The notes: generated by a model from the letters alone, not told the origin. Shown: positions 14,315 to 29,404, counted from the stretch's first letter. The stretch: 64,000 nucleotides of DNA from Anaeramoeba ignava BMAN (GCA_028826165.1 JAPDFW010000056.1:557627-621626), one strand, 5' to 3'. Made by a program: numbers and translations.

Positions 14315-17272
14315 TTATTTCCAAAACTTTAATTTTGAGAAAAAATTTGTTTTCTTTTCAACATTTTCTGTTTTTTCATTTTCTTGTTTTCCTTTTATTT
14401 GATCTTTTTCTTTTTCTTTTTCTTTTTCTTTTGCAATAAGTTTGTTTTTGTTTCTTTCTTCTGATCTTTTTTTATAAATATCAGATAAAATGGGTTTAAA
14501 ATTAAAACCTAAAGTTGGAAAATCTTTTCTTACATTACAAAATGTACGAATTTTTTCCAAAATTTCTTGATGAATTTGAAAACAATTTTGGATTTGATTT
14601 GGATCTAAATTATGATTACTTTTCTCGAATAAATGATTAAAAATTCTTCGATTTCTTCGAATTGTTATTAAAACATCCAAAATAGGATCAACAACAAGAT
14701 TAATCTTATTATGTGGTTGACTAATTATTGTTGAAAAAAAATTCATAACATGTTCTAATATTGGTGAACCTGAACGAATTGCAATTTTTGCAAGAGCTTT
14801 AATACATTCACATTTGATTTCCCAGTTATTAAATGATGAATTATGTTCTAATCTCATAATTGTTAGTTGAATTAATTCATTTCTTCTTTGATATTCTTTT
14901 TGTGATTTATTATCTAATGAATCAAGTTCAACACCTGAAAGTTCATTAGCAAATTCTCCAAGAAACCAATAGCATTCTGTTATTAAATCATTTGAATAAT
15001 TGTTTATATATTCCAAATCAGAAGTTGAATCTGTAATTTCAAATAATTTCGCAAGAAGAATTTCATTATAAATTTTCATTTTAACAATTCTTTGGAAAGA
15101 AAGAAGAATCATATTTCCATTTTGGCTTTGATTTGAATTTTTAATTAATGTGGAAATTAAATCCAATCCAACAGGAACAAAATCTTTTGTAATGTTGATT
15201 CTTTCTTGGATTGTTTTAATCAAAAGGCCGATATGAACATGAGTAAATGTATTTTTCTTCAATTCTTTCATAATAACTTCTTCAAGAATATGAAATTCAT
15301 GAATTTTTTTATAGCTAAATATTTCTGTAAAAGCAATATTTTCATTTTCATCATTTTCATCATTTTCATCATTTTCATTATTTTCATTATTTTCATTATT
15401 TTTATTTGATTCTAAATCATTTATAGGAACTTGATATAATTTTACTAAACAACAAATAGCATGAATTTTAATTGTTGATGAAGATGCTAAATTTAAAATG
15501 CTTAAAATTTGTGTTCTTATTTTGTTGAAATGATTAAAATCAAGAATTCTTTTATCCCATTGATTCATTGATTTGTATATGTTATAAGCATCTAATAATA
15601 AAGATAAGCATCGAAAAGCTCCAATAAGAGTTGATTGAGAAATTTTATCAACATTTGCCATTACATCTTCATTTTTTTCAGGTTGTTTTTCACTTAAAAT
15701 CTTTCCTTTTAAATATTCAATTTGATTTTTTTCCTTTTGTTTTTGTGTTTCAATTTTTTCCAATTCGAAATTAAAAGCAGAAACAATTTGAAGAATTTTA
15801 TAAAGAATATAATCAGAAAGTTTGAGATATTTTGAATTTGTAATTTCTTTTGGATTTGAAATTTTAAAATCAATAGGATCAATAATTTTATAATTCATAT
15901 AACTCCAAGACAATTTTCCTGAAGAAAGTGTATTAATTGCTTGATAAAACAAAGAAATACTTGATAAATGATGCTTCAAATCTTTTTTGGGAGCATCTAA
16001 TAATTGTCTTACTCCAAGTTGAGATGATTGTAGATTTAATCCCATATTCAAATTTGATGTGTTTTCAATTGATGAAATTAAAATGTTATATTTCAATATT
16101 AAAATGATTGTATTATAAAATTTCTGGAAATCTTCATTTGGAATTTCTTTTTTATATAAAGATATAATTGGCTTGATAACTCTTAAATATGAAATTTGAA
16201 CATGAATACTTTGCATATTAATACATAATAATCTTGCAATTCTTGTTTCTTTATCTTCTGTTTTTTTGAATAATAATTGTTGTGATTGATGTTGAAATGA
16301 AATATCATTTGGAAGAATTTGTAAAAGTGATTTCGCAACATCAACAGGTTTTTTTTGAGAATGTTGAATAAGAAGATTTAGAGCAATTCTAGCAGCTTCT
16401 TCATCTTCTGATTTTGAAAGTTCGATTAAAATCTTTTTTTTTTCAAATTAAAATTTAAATTAAAATTTATTATTATTTTTATTATTTTTTACAGGAATAA
16501 GATGTATATTTGTTGGAAATCTAAGAAATGCAACTTTAAGACATGCTGTTTGAATATAAACTTGATCATCAATTTTGTTTGATTTTCTTGAAAATAATCC
16601 TTTTTTCTTTTGAATTTCTGTTTTATCTTTCTTTAAATTTTCAAATAAAAATTTCATAAACTTTTCTAAAAATCAAATAAAATTCAAAATTAAAATAAAA
16701 TTTTTAAATTAAATTAAATTAAATTAAATTAAAAAAAACCTTTTAAAATTTTATCAGAAACACATTTTCCTAAAGTTTGAATAATTGAAATTTTATTTCC
16801 TAAATTTGGAGATGATAAATTTTCACTAAAATAATTAAAAATTTTCTTTTTTTTTTTTAAAAAAATTAAAAAATTAAAAAATATTTTATTATTATTTTTA
16901 TTATTTTTTACTTCAGAAAATTCATCATCTAATTGTCCAATCTTTTCTAATAAATCAAGAATTAAATGAAAAATTGATTGATTTTGATAAATATCCAAAA
17001 CTAAAAAAAGAAAAAAATTAATTTAAATTTATTATTTTTATTTTTAAAATTTTTTATTTTTTACTTTTAAGTAATTCAGGAATAAAAGTTTCTAAATCTT
17101 GTTTTGGAATTTTAAATAATAATAATTCTTGTAAAGCTAATCTTAATTTAGTTGATTGTTTTTTTTCTGTATTTGCAAGAATTTGAAATATATTTTGTTG
17201 ACAAGTTTGAATATTTATTGTTTTTGTTTTAAATTTTCTTGAATAAAGATGTTCATTATTTGTTATATCCAT
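14315..17272 (-). CDS. TSET/TPLATE complex large subunit TSAUCER (TASH3)-like; exons 17272-17065, 17000-16912, 16845-16740, 16665-16493, 16432-14315
   Basis: Frame-preserving GT-AG introns join the ORF pieces into an alpha-solenoid. Motifs CYWFLGEFAN and WEIKCECIKALAKIAIRSGSP resemble TASH3 WFLGENAN and WEVR...ALTTIAIRSGEP (recalled, not searched). Confidence 0.65.
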
Positions 17273-17582
17273 TTTTAATTATTTAAAAAAAAGAAAATGA
17301 GAAAAATGAAAAATGAAAAAAATGATTTTTTTATTTTTGGATTAAATTTTTGGATTAAAAAAAAAAAAGATAATACAGAATTTGAAATTAAAATTGAAAT
17401 TAATTTAGAAATTAAAATTATATTTAAAATTAAAATTATATTTAAAATTAAAATTGAAATTGAAATTAAAATTAAAATTGAAATTATATTTGAAATTATA
17501 TTTGAAATTAAAATTAAAATTGAAATTAATTTAGAAATAAAATTGAAATTATATTTGAAATTTAAAAATTTAGAAATTAAAT

Positions 17583-20500
17583 TTAATTTTTGGAAACAAC
17601 TTCAATAATATTAGATATCATTTTTCCTCTTTGTTCTCTATCATAACTAATTTCAGAAAATCCAATAAATTTATGTAAATTCTTAAATCCAAGATTTGAT
17701 AAAACTTCTGGTTTTTTTTCAAAATTTGATGATAAAAGAAAATCAGTTAATTTAAGAGCAGATTTTTGAACATGAATATTTTGAGTTTGAGATAAAATAT
17801 TTAATAATTTAGGTAAAATAAGATGATGAACATTAGAAAAACTTTCAGGAAAAGAATCAATAGCAGTTACTAAAACATCAAGAATAAATAGTTGATGTTG
17901 ATCATATTCTGACTGAATTAACATTGTTGTGAATAAATAAACAGATAAATTGGAAGTGTTTTTGTCTTGATGAACTAAATATCCAAAGAAAATTTGCTCC
18001 AATTCACCTTCCCATTCTAAATATCTTCCAAGTCTTGTTCTTAATTCTGTAATCTCTTTTGTAGTTAAAAAACTTGCTAATGCTCCTATATATGGTGTAT
18101 TAGATGATGAAATCCCTGTCTTGCACGAAATATCAACAAGCACTCTAAATATGGATACAACTGTATCTCTTAAATCATGCTCTACTCTTCCTGGTAATAA
18201 TATACTTACAAGTCCATATGCAAATCCCATTTTGAAAATGATCCCCATTTTCTCTTCAAAAATTGATATTTGATGATCCAATTCTTGGTTGTTCTTTCCT
18301 TTTTTCTATAAAAACATCCTCTATTGATTTATTCTGGAAAATATTTGCCTTTTCCAAAGTTGTTAAAATGCAATAAAGTAACTCAATCGAAACTGAAAAC
18401 AATCTTGGTTCTTCTAATTGAATCAAAGCAACTGTGACCCAAAACAAATCAAATCTCAATGAGGAATTTGTTTGCAATAATGGATACAAATGCGTTAAGC
18501 AAATTATGATTGAAATGAGCATTTTGGTTTCGTTTTCTGTTGTTTTTGCCTTGTTTAATAATGGATGCATATAAGTAAATATTTTCGCAATAAATGCATC
18601 GCTAATTTGAGATGAAGAAAGAACTCCTAAAACAACCATTGATCGTGGTTGTATCAATGAATTGGAAAATGCTGAGTATTCAGTCAATTCAAGCCATTTT
18701 CTATGCCATTCTTTTCCTAATTCTTTGGGATAATCATAATAACATTGAACAATTCTGAAAAATATTTGAGCAACTTGTTCTGTGCTTTTGATTGTAATTG
18801 GTTCAAGATGATATTTTTCTTTATTTTGGTTTACATTTCGTGATTGAGCCTCAAAATCATCTTCAATATTTGATGTGTTTTCTTGCAAATTTTCAATCAA
18901 TAAATTACTTCCTGAATGTTTTTTTTCAAGTGTAACTTTTTCATCTCCTTCAATAAGTTTATCTTGTAATTTCTTGCTCAATTTCAATATTCCTGTTGTA
19001 TTGATATTTGTTAAACCAGAACTAATTGCATTAAATCCTTTAAAAAGATCGTTAAATTTTGTGCTTCCTGATCCCATAAACAAAATATAAAATCTCAATT
19101 GAGTAACTTCATTCAGAATTGCATTTAATTTTGATTTGTTTTTTTCATCATTTGGAGGTAATTTTGTTGCTAAAGAATGAATAATGTTCACAAGTAAAAA
19201 CAGTAAAGCAGATCTCATAAACAAAGAATCAGCTGAATAAGTCATTAAAATCATATGGAATAATCGAGGAAGAGTTGTTTTCAAACTGATAATATTTTCG
19301 AAACTAAGATATAATAGAAACCTTGTAACAATCAAAATTTCTCCCCATCGATTATAATCCTCAATCCTCTTATTCTCAATATTAATATCCTTACGGGATG
19401 CTGATGATATTCTTCTTAATAAATAATCACTTAATTTAACTGAAATTCGTTTTGGATCAAATGTTGCGATTGTAACAATAATTTGCGCAATTATTTCAGA
19501 TTCTTGAGTATCAATTCCATAAATAAGACTTTCTTCAATAAAAACATTAATAACAAGAAGATCCACAAGTTCCCAAACACTTGATATTTTTTTCCAAACA
19601 TGAACTAAAATTGCTGGATAAAGTTTTTTTTGAGCAATCGTCATTTTGACAAGATTCATGATAATATCTCTTGCAAATTTATATCTTTCATCCTCTTGAT
19701 TCATTTTGATTTTCTTTCTCTTCTTGATATCTTCATTCGGAGAATAAACAAATTCCTTAAGATTAGGAAACCAAGGTGCCATATATTCCAAACAAAGATA
19801 TCTCTCATGCAAACTTGCCTTTTCAAAATATTTCAGGCATTCTCTAAGAAATTCAATTGTGAGTTGTTTTTCATTTGCTGCAAGTTGTTTACTCAAATTA
19901 ATAACAATAGATGTATGTGATTGAGGGATAAACAATCCTTTTGCTTCCATAAGTTGATTTTTAGCTGAGAAATTGAAGCTTTTACAAAGAAGTGTTGCCA
20001 GATTATAAGCTGATTTTCTAAGTGATTCATTATCATTTCCAAGATTAAGAAGCGCAATATTGAGAAGTGATCCTGGAACATCAGATGGTCGAACTTCAGA
20101 AAAAACTTCATTTTTTTGATTCCCTACTTTTTGTTGATGTTCAAATCGACTCTTTGTTTTTTGGATTGCTTGCACAATCTCTTTTCTTGTTGTGCTTCTA
20201 TATGTCAGATTTTTCTGTTCAGAATCTATTGTTAATTTGATCATAAATTGATCTGGTGTTTCTTGGAGAATCTGAACATCGTGAACATCTGTAATATTGA
20301 TAATATCTGTTAAATTTGACATTTTATTAAATAGTGTTTCTTTTGTTTGAATGATTTGTAAATATTTATTTGAAACATTGATGAAAATTTCTCTTTGTCT
20401 AAATTGTGAAACATGGAAAATTTGAGTAAATCTTGATTTAATTGTGGTTTCAATTTCAATAGTTTCAGAAGGTAATTTCTGTTCCTTTTCTGAAATGATT

Positions 20501-23500
20501 CCAAATATTTGTGTTGGAAGATCAAATATTTGAATATTTTGAGATCGTGAATGAGGAATTACTTTGCTGAATCTTTTTGCTGATTTTTTAAATGCTGTTG
20601 TTGGTAAAATGAAGTATGCTTGTTTGAAACTTTCATTCCAAATATCAGGCCATTTGGAAAAGAATTGGGAAATCCATGTTTTGGGTATTTCGTGTTGAGG
20701 AGAAAACCAAGCACAATCAAAAACAACAACAAATGGTTTTGCTGCTCCTTTTGATAAATGCATCTCAAGATTTTTGAATATGTGATAACTAAAAAGCTCC
20801 ATGTTTTCTGATTGAACAATTCTTCTTGTAATGAAATAGAAAACTAATTCTCCCTTTTTGGTTTTTCCATTTTGATAGAAAACAGAATTATATTTAGATG
20901 TATCAAGTCCTTTCATTCTCAACATAAAATCTTTGAATTTCCTGTTTTTTTTCGTGTTTTCCAATGAAGATGTTGTTTCGCTGATGCTCTGTGTTGTTTT
21001 GTTACTTTCATTCTCTAATTCCTTCTTATCTTTTTTTTTCTTGTCTTGAGGTTTTCCAAGTTGTTGTAAAATGGAAAGAAATTGTTCTCCAACTTTTATC
21101 ACTTCTGGATCTTTTTGACGTTTAAAATATATTGAGAATTTTTCCATATTTCTGTTTAAATGCGCATGCAATAAAGAAAGATCTTCCAATTCTTCATCTG
21201 AAAATTCAGTAACTTGAGCAATTGCTTCAGTTTCTTGTAAATTTTCCATTGAAGTAATTTCATTTCCAAATTTGCTTTGAACTTTACTTCTTGGAGAAGA
21301 AAGTCCAAATGATTTATTATCATCTTGTGATTTAGTTTTACTAGATAATGCCATTGATTTAAGTGAACCTGTTCGTTTAATATTAACTTCTACTTTCCCA
21401 TCAATTTTTTTTGATTCTGTCATTTTAATAATAAATTTATCAAATTCTTCCTTTTTTGATTCAATAAAATTGTTTAATGGAAGCATATATTCTTCTTTTT
21501 TCCCAAACATTACTCCACTTGCAAGATTTTGAATTGTTTTTGCAATCAAAATTAATGCTCTTCTTACTTCAGGAGATACTCTTTCACTTACAACTTGTGA
21601 ATTTTCTGGTGAAGTAATTGCAGGACAAATGAATCTCAAAAAGAAAAATCCAGCAACACAAACTCTAACATTTTCAGGAAATCTTTTCCCCACATCTTCT
21701 CTTAAATATCTTGATATTTCCAAAAACTCTTCAGGAATATATTCGATTGAATCTGAAATTTTCTCAAAAAATTGAATTGTGAAACTTTGTAAATTCTCCA
21801 AGTTTTGCTCCAATATTTCTCCTTCTTTCATAAGTGGTTGATTGATTTCAAATTTTTTCTTATTAACATTAATTTCATTGATTAAACTCTTCATCAAATC
21901 TTCAAACATCTTCTTCAAAAAATCTCTTCCAATAATTTGCGAATAAACTCCAAGCATTTTGCTTGCAAATGAATTTCTTCTAAACAACATTTGGGGTTGA
22001 TTTTGTGGAGTTGATTCCACTTCATGTTTAATAAAATAACGGAGTAAATGAAGAGTTGAACCGTTGATTTCATTTATTTTCACAATGAGTTTGGAAACAA
22101 GATCCATTTCAGTTACATCAGTAATTGAACAAACAGCTTTAGTGACAATAAGATTATCAGCAAGTAATAAATTAACCATACTTTGATATTTATCTTCCAA
22201 AGTTTCTTTCAAACTTCCAAATTCTGTTCCTTGTTTGAGAATATTTGTTAAAACATCAATAAATGCTCCTCTTGATTCAATATCATTGATATATCCCATT
22301 GGCAAAGCGTGTTTCAATCCCACATTCACATTGGCATGTATCATATTTGATATTGCCATGATTGTGTGTTGGGATAATTTTCTTGCATCTTCACTAAATT
22401 CTTTCTCTTTTTGGAGTTGTGTTAACATTGATGAGAAAAATGAGAAGTATTGGAGAAATAATTGTGATCTTTGTTCCAATATTTGTTCTCCAGTAAGTTG
22501 TTCTCCAATCTCTCCTGTTCGAGGTTTTTGTAGAATTAGTCCGTAAAACAGTTTTTCAATTGCGCTCATCGATGTAATACTTAATTCTTTCCTCATTCTA
22601 TCAATATCTTTTTGAGGATCTATATTTGGATCTTTTTGTTGTGACATTTGGATTGTATTTTGATTTGAATCTGTTTGTTGAATATTTGCTGTTGTTGATA
22701 GTTTTGTTGGTAAATTTGCACTTGTTTTTTGGGTGTTCATTTGCATTGTTTCTTGATTTGATTTTTCGTATTTATCGCTTTTAATATCTAAATTATGATC
22801 AATTTTTGTTATTATTGATTGTGGATTTTGTTCTGTTATTATTTTTGGAGATTGAGAAATGTTTTTCAATTGATCTTCTTTGGAATCTTGAATATTTTGA
22901 TTATTTAAATCATCAACAACATTTATTGATAAAGAACGGTTTAATTTGTTTGGTGATTGAGCTTGTAATTGTGAATCTGTTTTGGATAATTTTATTGGTA
23001 GTTTTTTGGAATCTTTTTGAATATCTGTTATCCATTCCATTATAATTTCAATCAATTTATTTCTAAATTCATTCTCATGACGGAAAAGAATAGAATCTCT
23101 TTTTTTGGTGATAACTTCAATTAATTGGCACATTTTGCTTTTAATTCTGAGAGATTTTGCATCAACAATGATATGAGAAAGATAATTCATAATAGATAAT
23201 ATCAAATTTTCAAGATCCACTTCTGAAAGATCATCCAAATCAAGAGGTTGTTCCATAATATTTTTCATAATTGAGATTAATTGGTCATAAAACAAAGTAG
23301 ATTCTTCACTAGAAGATTCAACATGACCATCTTTAGAGAAGTTTTCAGAGATTCTTTGGGTAATTTGAGCAAAAAATTGAGGATAAACAGAAGGAGACAT
23401 TACTGATATTGGTTGAACAATAGTTTCCTTGATATATCCAACATCCGATACTGTTAATTTCAAGCATTTCTCAATAAAAGAATCAATAATCATTTTTTGT

Positions 23501-26500
23501 TGTGAATCTTTTGGTTTTGTTGGATCATTTTCAGTTTCTTGTTTTGGATCATTTGGTTTTGGAATAAATTTTGCAACAGCAGCCAAACTACAAAGAAAAC
23601 CTGAATAATTTTGCCATTCAAACTTGATTCTATTCATATCAGCATCACTGAACTCAAACGAAGAACTATTCCCAATTTTGGTTTTTGATCTTGATTTGAT
23701 TTGTTTTTTGGGTTGATTTTCAGAATTTTCTTCAAAAGTGTTATTTTGATGTCGGATAATAATTTTGGTTGATGTGATCCATCTATCATAAATTTCATTC
23801 CAGGCAGCTTTGTTTGCATTAGTAGCAATATCAATACGCCTGAATAAAGCTCTTATTCCTTTTTGTTGAGCTATTTTACCTGTTGTTAATTGACCAACTT
23901 GAGCCAATCTTCGGTAATGAACATAAAGTGATGCGATTGTATTATTTTCATTTTTCAAATCGGATATTAATTTTGTTTCTTCACACAATTCATCAAAACA
24001 CAAAGAAGCTTGTGAGCATATAACAGGATCAGAATTGCACAATAAAATCAACAATGCAATTTCCACTTTTGTGTTTGCATCTTGGTGTTTTGTCATGATA
24101 TTTTTTTGGATGTTTGTTTGATAATTTTCAAATTCTTTTTTGTGGGAAATTAAAAATTCGTTTCTTTTTTTGAGAAGATAGTAAAGTAAATCCAAAAGTG
24201 ATTGAATTTTTTCTTGTGTTATTTCAGGTGTATCAATGATTAATTTTCCAATTTGAGAAAAAACAACTGAAGATGTTTCATAAAATGAATTCATAAGATC
24301 ACGAGGGCACCATTTCTCAATATAAATTGGTTTGAATAATTCTTTTAATGCTTGATTTGCTGAATATGATATTTCACTACTTAGTGTATTGTCAAGACAA
24401 CTTGTTATTCCTTCAAATAATTCAATAATTTCAATTCTTAAAGTATTTGGGTTTGATGTGAATTCAAACAAAATGAATTCAGGATCTTGACAAAATAGAT
24501 TGATAATTTCATTGATAGTTTCAATTTGTAATTGTGCTATTCCTATTTGTTCTTTTTCTTTTTTTTTAAGATTTTGTGTTTCAATAAATGCTGGTAATTG
24601 TTTTTCTCTTCCCAAATCAGTTTGAGTTTTTTGTAAATTTCTTAAATTTGCAAGATAATCTGAAAATATTTTTTTAATTGATGATGAAATTGAATATGTG
24701 ACTTTAAACAATGGATTCCAAGGTAAAGGTTCTTCTTTAGCAATAAAAAGCAGAGTTTTTGCTAGAATTAATTTAAAAAGGATAGGAGCATCTTTATCAA
24801 GACAAACTTGGAAAAGGTCTTTTGGGTTAATTTTAAAAGAAGAAACCAATAATTGAACCAAAACATTTCTATCTGGATATGGACGTAAAGAGTCGAATAA
24901 TTTTTTCTAATTTTCAAAAATCAATTAAAAATAAAAATTCAAAAATAAAAATAAAAATAAAAATTTAAAAATAAAAAAAATTTAAATAAAAATTCAATCA
25001 AAATAAAAATTAAAATCGGATAAAAATAAAAATTCAATTCAAAATAAAAATATATCGGATAAAATAAAAATTCAATATTATCAATTTAAATTAAAATTCA
25101 ATTAATATTAAATTAAAATCAATTAAAAATAAAAATTCAATTCAAAATAAAAATTCAATTCAAAATTAAAATTCAATTCAAAATTAAAATTCAATTCAAA
25201 ATAAAAATTCAATTAATATAAAAATAAAATCGGATAAAAATTAAAATCAATTAAAAATTTGTTTCTTTTCTCTTTTTTTTGTAATTTTTACTTTTAAATC
25301 ACTTTCTACATTTGGAACAATATATCTTAAAGCAGACATATCAGATTTAGAAACATAAGTTGAAGCTCTACATAAATCAACTAAACAAAATGCAGCTTTA
25401 TCTGCTCTTTCACCTTTACCTCTAAATGTTGTTTGTAAAGTTTCAATAAATTGACCTTTTGGTGAAGTTGTAAATTCTTTATTTGCTAATGCAATTTGAA
25501 GAAGAATATCTGGACAAAGCATAATAAGCATTGTTTGAACTGGCCAAAATTCATGACTTTTTTTCTTCATTGAATTTCCCCATTTTCTAAAATAATCAAA
25601 TAATACATCTGGATTTCCATCCATTGTTCTTTTTGATTGTGAAATTTCTGTAAATTGTAATGGATAATGATCAATCCAAGACCAAATTGCTAAAATATTT
25701 TTATTTAATATTTATTTTTGTTAAATATTTATTTTGTTAAATATTTATTTTTTTAAATTAAATATTTATTTTATTAAATATTTATTTTTGATAATATTTA
25801 TTTTGGATAATATTTATTTTGTTAAATATTTATTTTGTTAAATATTTATTTTATTAAATATTTATTTTGGATAATATTTATTTTGAATATTAAATATTTA
25901 TTTTGTTAAATATTTATTTTGTTAAATATTTATTTTGTTAAATATTTATTTTGTTAAATATTTATTTTTATTTAAATATTTATTTTAAAATTTTTTTTTT
26001 AAATATTTTGTTAAATATTTATTTTGTTAAATATTTATTTTGTTAAATATTTATTTTATTAAATATTTATTTTGTTAAATATTTTATTAAATATTTATTT
26101 TATTAAATATTTATTTTTGTTTAAATATTTATTTTGTTAAATATTAAATATTTATTTTTAAATATTTATTTTATTAAATATTTATTTTATTAAATATTTA
26201 TTTTGGATAATATTTATTTTGATAATATTTATTTTGTTAAATATTTATTTTGGATAATATTTATTTTATTAAATATTTATTTTGGTTAAATATTTATTTT
26301 GGATAATATTTATTTTGTTAAATATTTATTTTATTAAATATTTATTTTTATTAAATTTTATTTAAATATTTATTTTATTAAATATTTATTTTATATTAAA
26401 TATTTATTTTATTAAAATTTTGTTAAATGTTTTATTAAATATTTATTTTAGATATTTCGAAAAATATCAAAATTTACCATCTCTAAGACAAGTGGCAATT

Positions 26501-27314
26501 AATTCTCTATGTTGTTTTTTAAAATGTCCAAATGCTTGCTCCAATTTAAATAATAAATTAGATAATCTTTTTGAATTATAATGTAAATATTTAATTAATT
26601 CAAGTTCTCTAAAATCAATTCTATCATCTCCAGATTTAATTGCAAGTAAAGCTTCAGTAACTCTTTTAAAAACAACTTCATAATTTAAATGAGATAAAAA
26701 TTCAACAATTTTTCCAATAGAACTTTCAAAATTTTGTTTATATAAAGTATGTTCTCTTTCAAAAAGAATTTGACTAAGTAATTTAATTAAATTTGCAGCT
26801 AAAGAATCATTTAAAATTCTATGATTGTTTTTTGATTCATAATCTTCAATTTCTTTTTCTGTCTATTTTAATTTAAAAAAAAACACACAAAAGAAGAAAA
26901 TTTTAAATTGAAAAATTTATTTTTTATTATTATTATTTTTTTTGCTTTTTTTTAATTTAAAATTTTTTAAATAAATAAATAAATAAATACCATTTTAGAA
27001 GAATGAAAAAAAGATTGATATAAAACTTCTAAAACAATTAATATTGATTTTTCTATTCCATCAAAACGTGAATCTCCAGATAAAGCAATATTATGATTAA
27101 TGTCTCGAAGTAAATCAGTTAATGCTTTAATAACTGCTTCAAGTCTTACTGTTGAAAATTTAATTAAAACTTCATTTTCCATTGAAATATTTTTCTCAAT
27201 AAATTCTTTTGGAATAAAAACACTTTGATTTTGTGTTGTATCAAATCTTTTATATGGTAATAATTTGGATATTCTTGTTGTTATTGTTGATAAAGTTTTT
27301 TCTTCTTTACTCAT
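17583..27314 (-). CDS. NF1: Neurofibromin (RasGAP + Sec14/PH-like + HEAT regions); exons 27314-26991, 26862-26478, 25689-25292, 24906-17583, with one frameshift near 18300
   Basis: RasGAP motifs LFRRNSFASK, FFFLRFICPAITSP and LILIAKTIQNLA. NF1-specific VRPSDVPGSLLNIALLNLG, CLEYMAPW and WPVQTMLIMLCPD. Confidence 0.9.
25690..26477 (-). repeat. NF1 intron filled with ~17-bp repeat (TTTTGTTAAATATTTA)
   Basis: Visible tandem repeat between GT/AG sites on the minus strand. Confidence 0.75.
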
Positions 27315-27389
27315 TTTTATTTTATTATTAAAAAAATTGAAAAAAAAAAAATGAAAAATGAAAAATGAAAAAATAAATTTTATTTATTA

Positions 27390-28130
27390 AATTTTATTCC
27401 ACTTTTTTATTATAAATTAATTAATAATTTTATTCCATTTTTTATTTATTAATTAAATTAAATATATTTTATTATAAATTAATTAATAATTTTATTCCAT
27501 TTTTTATTTAAAAATTAAATTAAATATTTATTTTAAATTAAAAATTATAAATTATTAAATTTTTATTCCATTTTTATTTATTAATTAAATTAAATATATT
27601 TTATTATAAATTAAATTAATAATTTTATTCCATTTTTATTTATTTATTTAAATTAAATTGAATTTATTTAATTTAAAAAATTAATTTTATTCCATTTTTA
27701 TTTATTAATTAAATTAAATATATTTTATTATGGAATTAATTAATAATTTTATTTTTATTTATAAATTAAAAATCTTATTTTATTATAAATTAATTAATAA
27801 TTTTATTCCACTTTTATTTATTAATTAAATTAAATTTTTTTATTATTTTTATTTTATTTTATTAAAAAATTGAAAATTAAAAAAATTAAATAATTTTATA
27901 TTTAATAATTTTTTATTTTATTATAAATTAATTAATAATTTTATTTTTTTATTTATTAAATTAATTTTATTTATTAATTAAATTAAATAAATTTTATTAT
28001 AAATTTATTATTAAATTTTATTCCATTTTTTATTTATTAATTAAATTAAATATATTTTATTATAAATTAATTAATTAATAATTTTATTCCATTTTTTATT
28101 AATTAAATTAAATTAAATTAAAATTAAATT
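27390..28130. repeat. Degenerate AT tandem repeat with TTTTATTCCATTTTT core
   Basis: Recurring motif between the divergent NF1 and SOD genes. Confidence 0.6.
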
Positions 28131-28449
28131 TATTAAGAGAATTGAATAAAAATAAAAGTAAAAGAGGGATAAAAATTATTGGAAAAATTTTTTTTTTTGA
28201 TCAAAAAAATTTAAAATAAAAAATTTAAATTTAAATTAAAAAAGGGGTGTTTTTTTGTTTTTGATTTTGTTTTTTTGTTTTTGATTTTGTTTTTTTGTTT
28301 TTGATTTTGTTTTTGTTTTGATTTAATTTTTTTGTTTTTGATTTAGTTTTTTTGTTTTTGATTTAATTTTGTTTTTGATTTAATTTTTTTGTTTTTGATT
28401 TAATTTTTTCATTTTTCATTTTTTTCATTTTTTAAATTGAATAATAAAA

Positions 28450-29317
28450 ATGCTTTCAAATCAAACAAAACAAAAATTAAGTTTTAATTTATCAAAATCA
28501 TTAATAAGAGCACTTCATTCACTTCCAAAACCACCTTATAGAGTTGAAGATGGAATTTTTCCAGCAATTAGTTCTAAAACACTTGATTTTCATTATAATA
28601 AACATTTTGCAGGTTATATTAATAAACTTAATGGATTTGTTAAAGGTAATTATTTTTAATTATTATTTTAATTATTATTTTAATTATTATTTTAATTATT
28701 ATTTTAATTTTTATTATTTTAATTATTATTTTAATTATTATTTAAAATTGAATTGAAATTTATTTTAATTTTAGGAACAAGTTTGGAAAATAAAACACTT
28801 GAAGAAACAATAAAAGAAACTGCTAAAGATGAAACAAAAAAAGCAATTTTTAATAATGGTTTATTTTTTAAAAAAAAATAAAACAAATAATTTTGTTTTA
28901 TTAATCATTTTTATATTTTAAAATTAAAAAGCTGCACAAGCTTTTAATCATAATTTTTATTTTAATTGTATGAGACCATTTGGTACTCAAATTCCTGATT
29001 CAGTTAAAAAAATTCTTGAAAAAAATTTTGGAAGTTTTGATGAATTTAAAAAACAATTTTCAGAAAAAGCAAATGGATTATTTGGAAGTGGTTGGTGTTG
29101 GCTTTATTCTGATAATAAAAAACTTGGTATTATGCAAGCAAGTAATGCAATGACTCCTTTAGTTTTTGATCAAAAACCTATTCTTGTAATTGATGTTTGG
29201 GAACATGCTTATTATCTTGATTATCAAAATAAAAGACCTGATTCAGTTGATAAATTTTTTGAAGTTATTAATTGGAATTTTGTTGAAGAACAAATGAAAA
29301 AAGCTGATTTGATTTAA
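28450..29317 (+). CDS. Fe superoxide dismutase with N-terminal presequence; exons 28450-28645, 28775-28858, 28932-29317
   Basis: FHYNKHFAGY, IFNNAAQAFNHNFYF, FGSGWCWL, SNAMTP and DVWEHAYYLDYQNKR. AAQ and SNA are Fe-type signatures. Confidence 0.92.
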
Positions 29318-29404
29318 AAAACAAAAAACAAAAAACCAAAAAACAATTTCAATCAATTCTTTTTTTTTCTTTTTTTCATCAATTCAAATAAAAAATTTTT
29401 CATT

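Noticed and set aside
18875-23834. Short ORFs overlapping NF1
   Set aside because: Antisense or alternate-frame shadows with no recognisable motifs.
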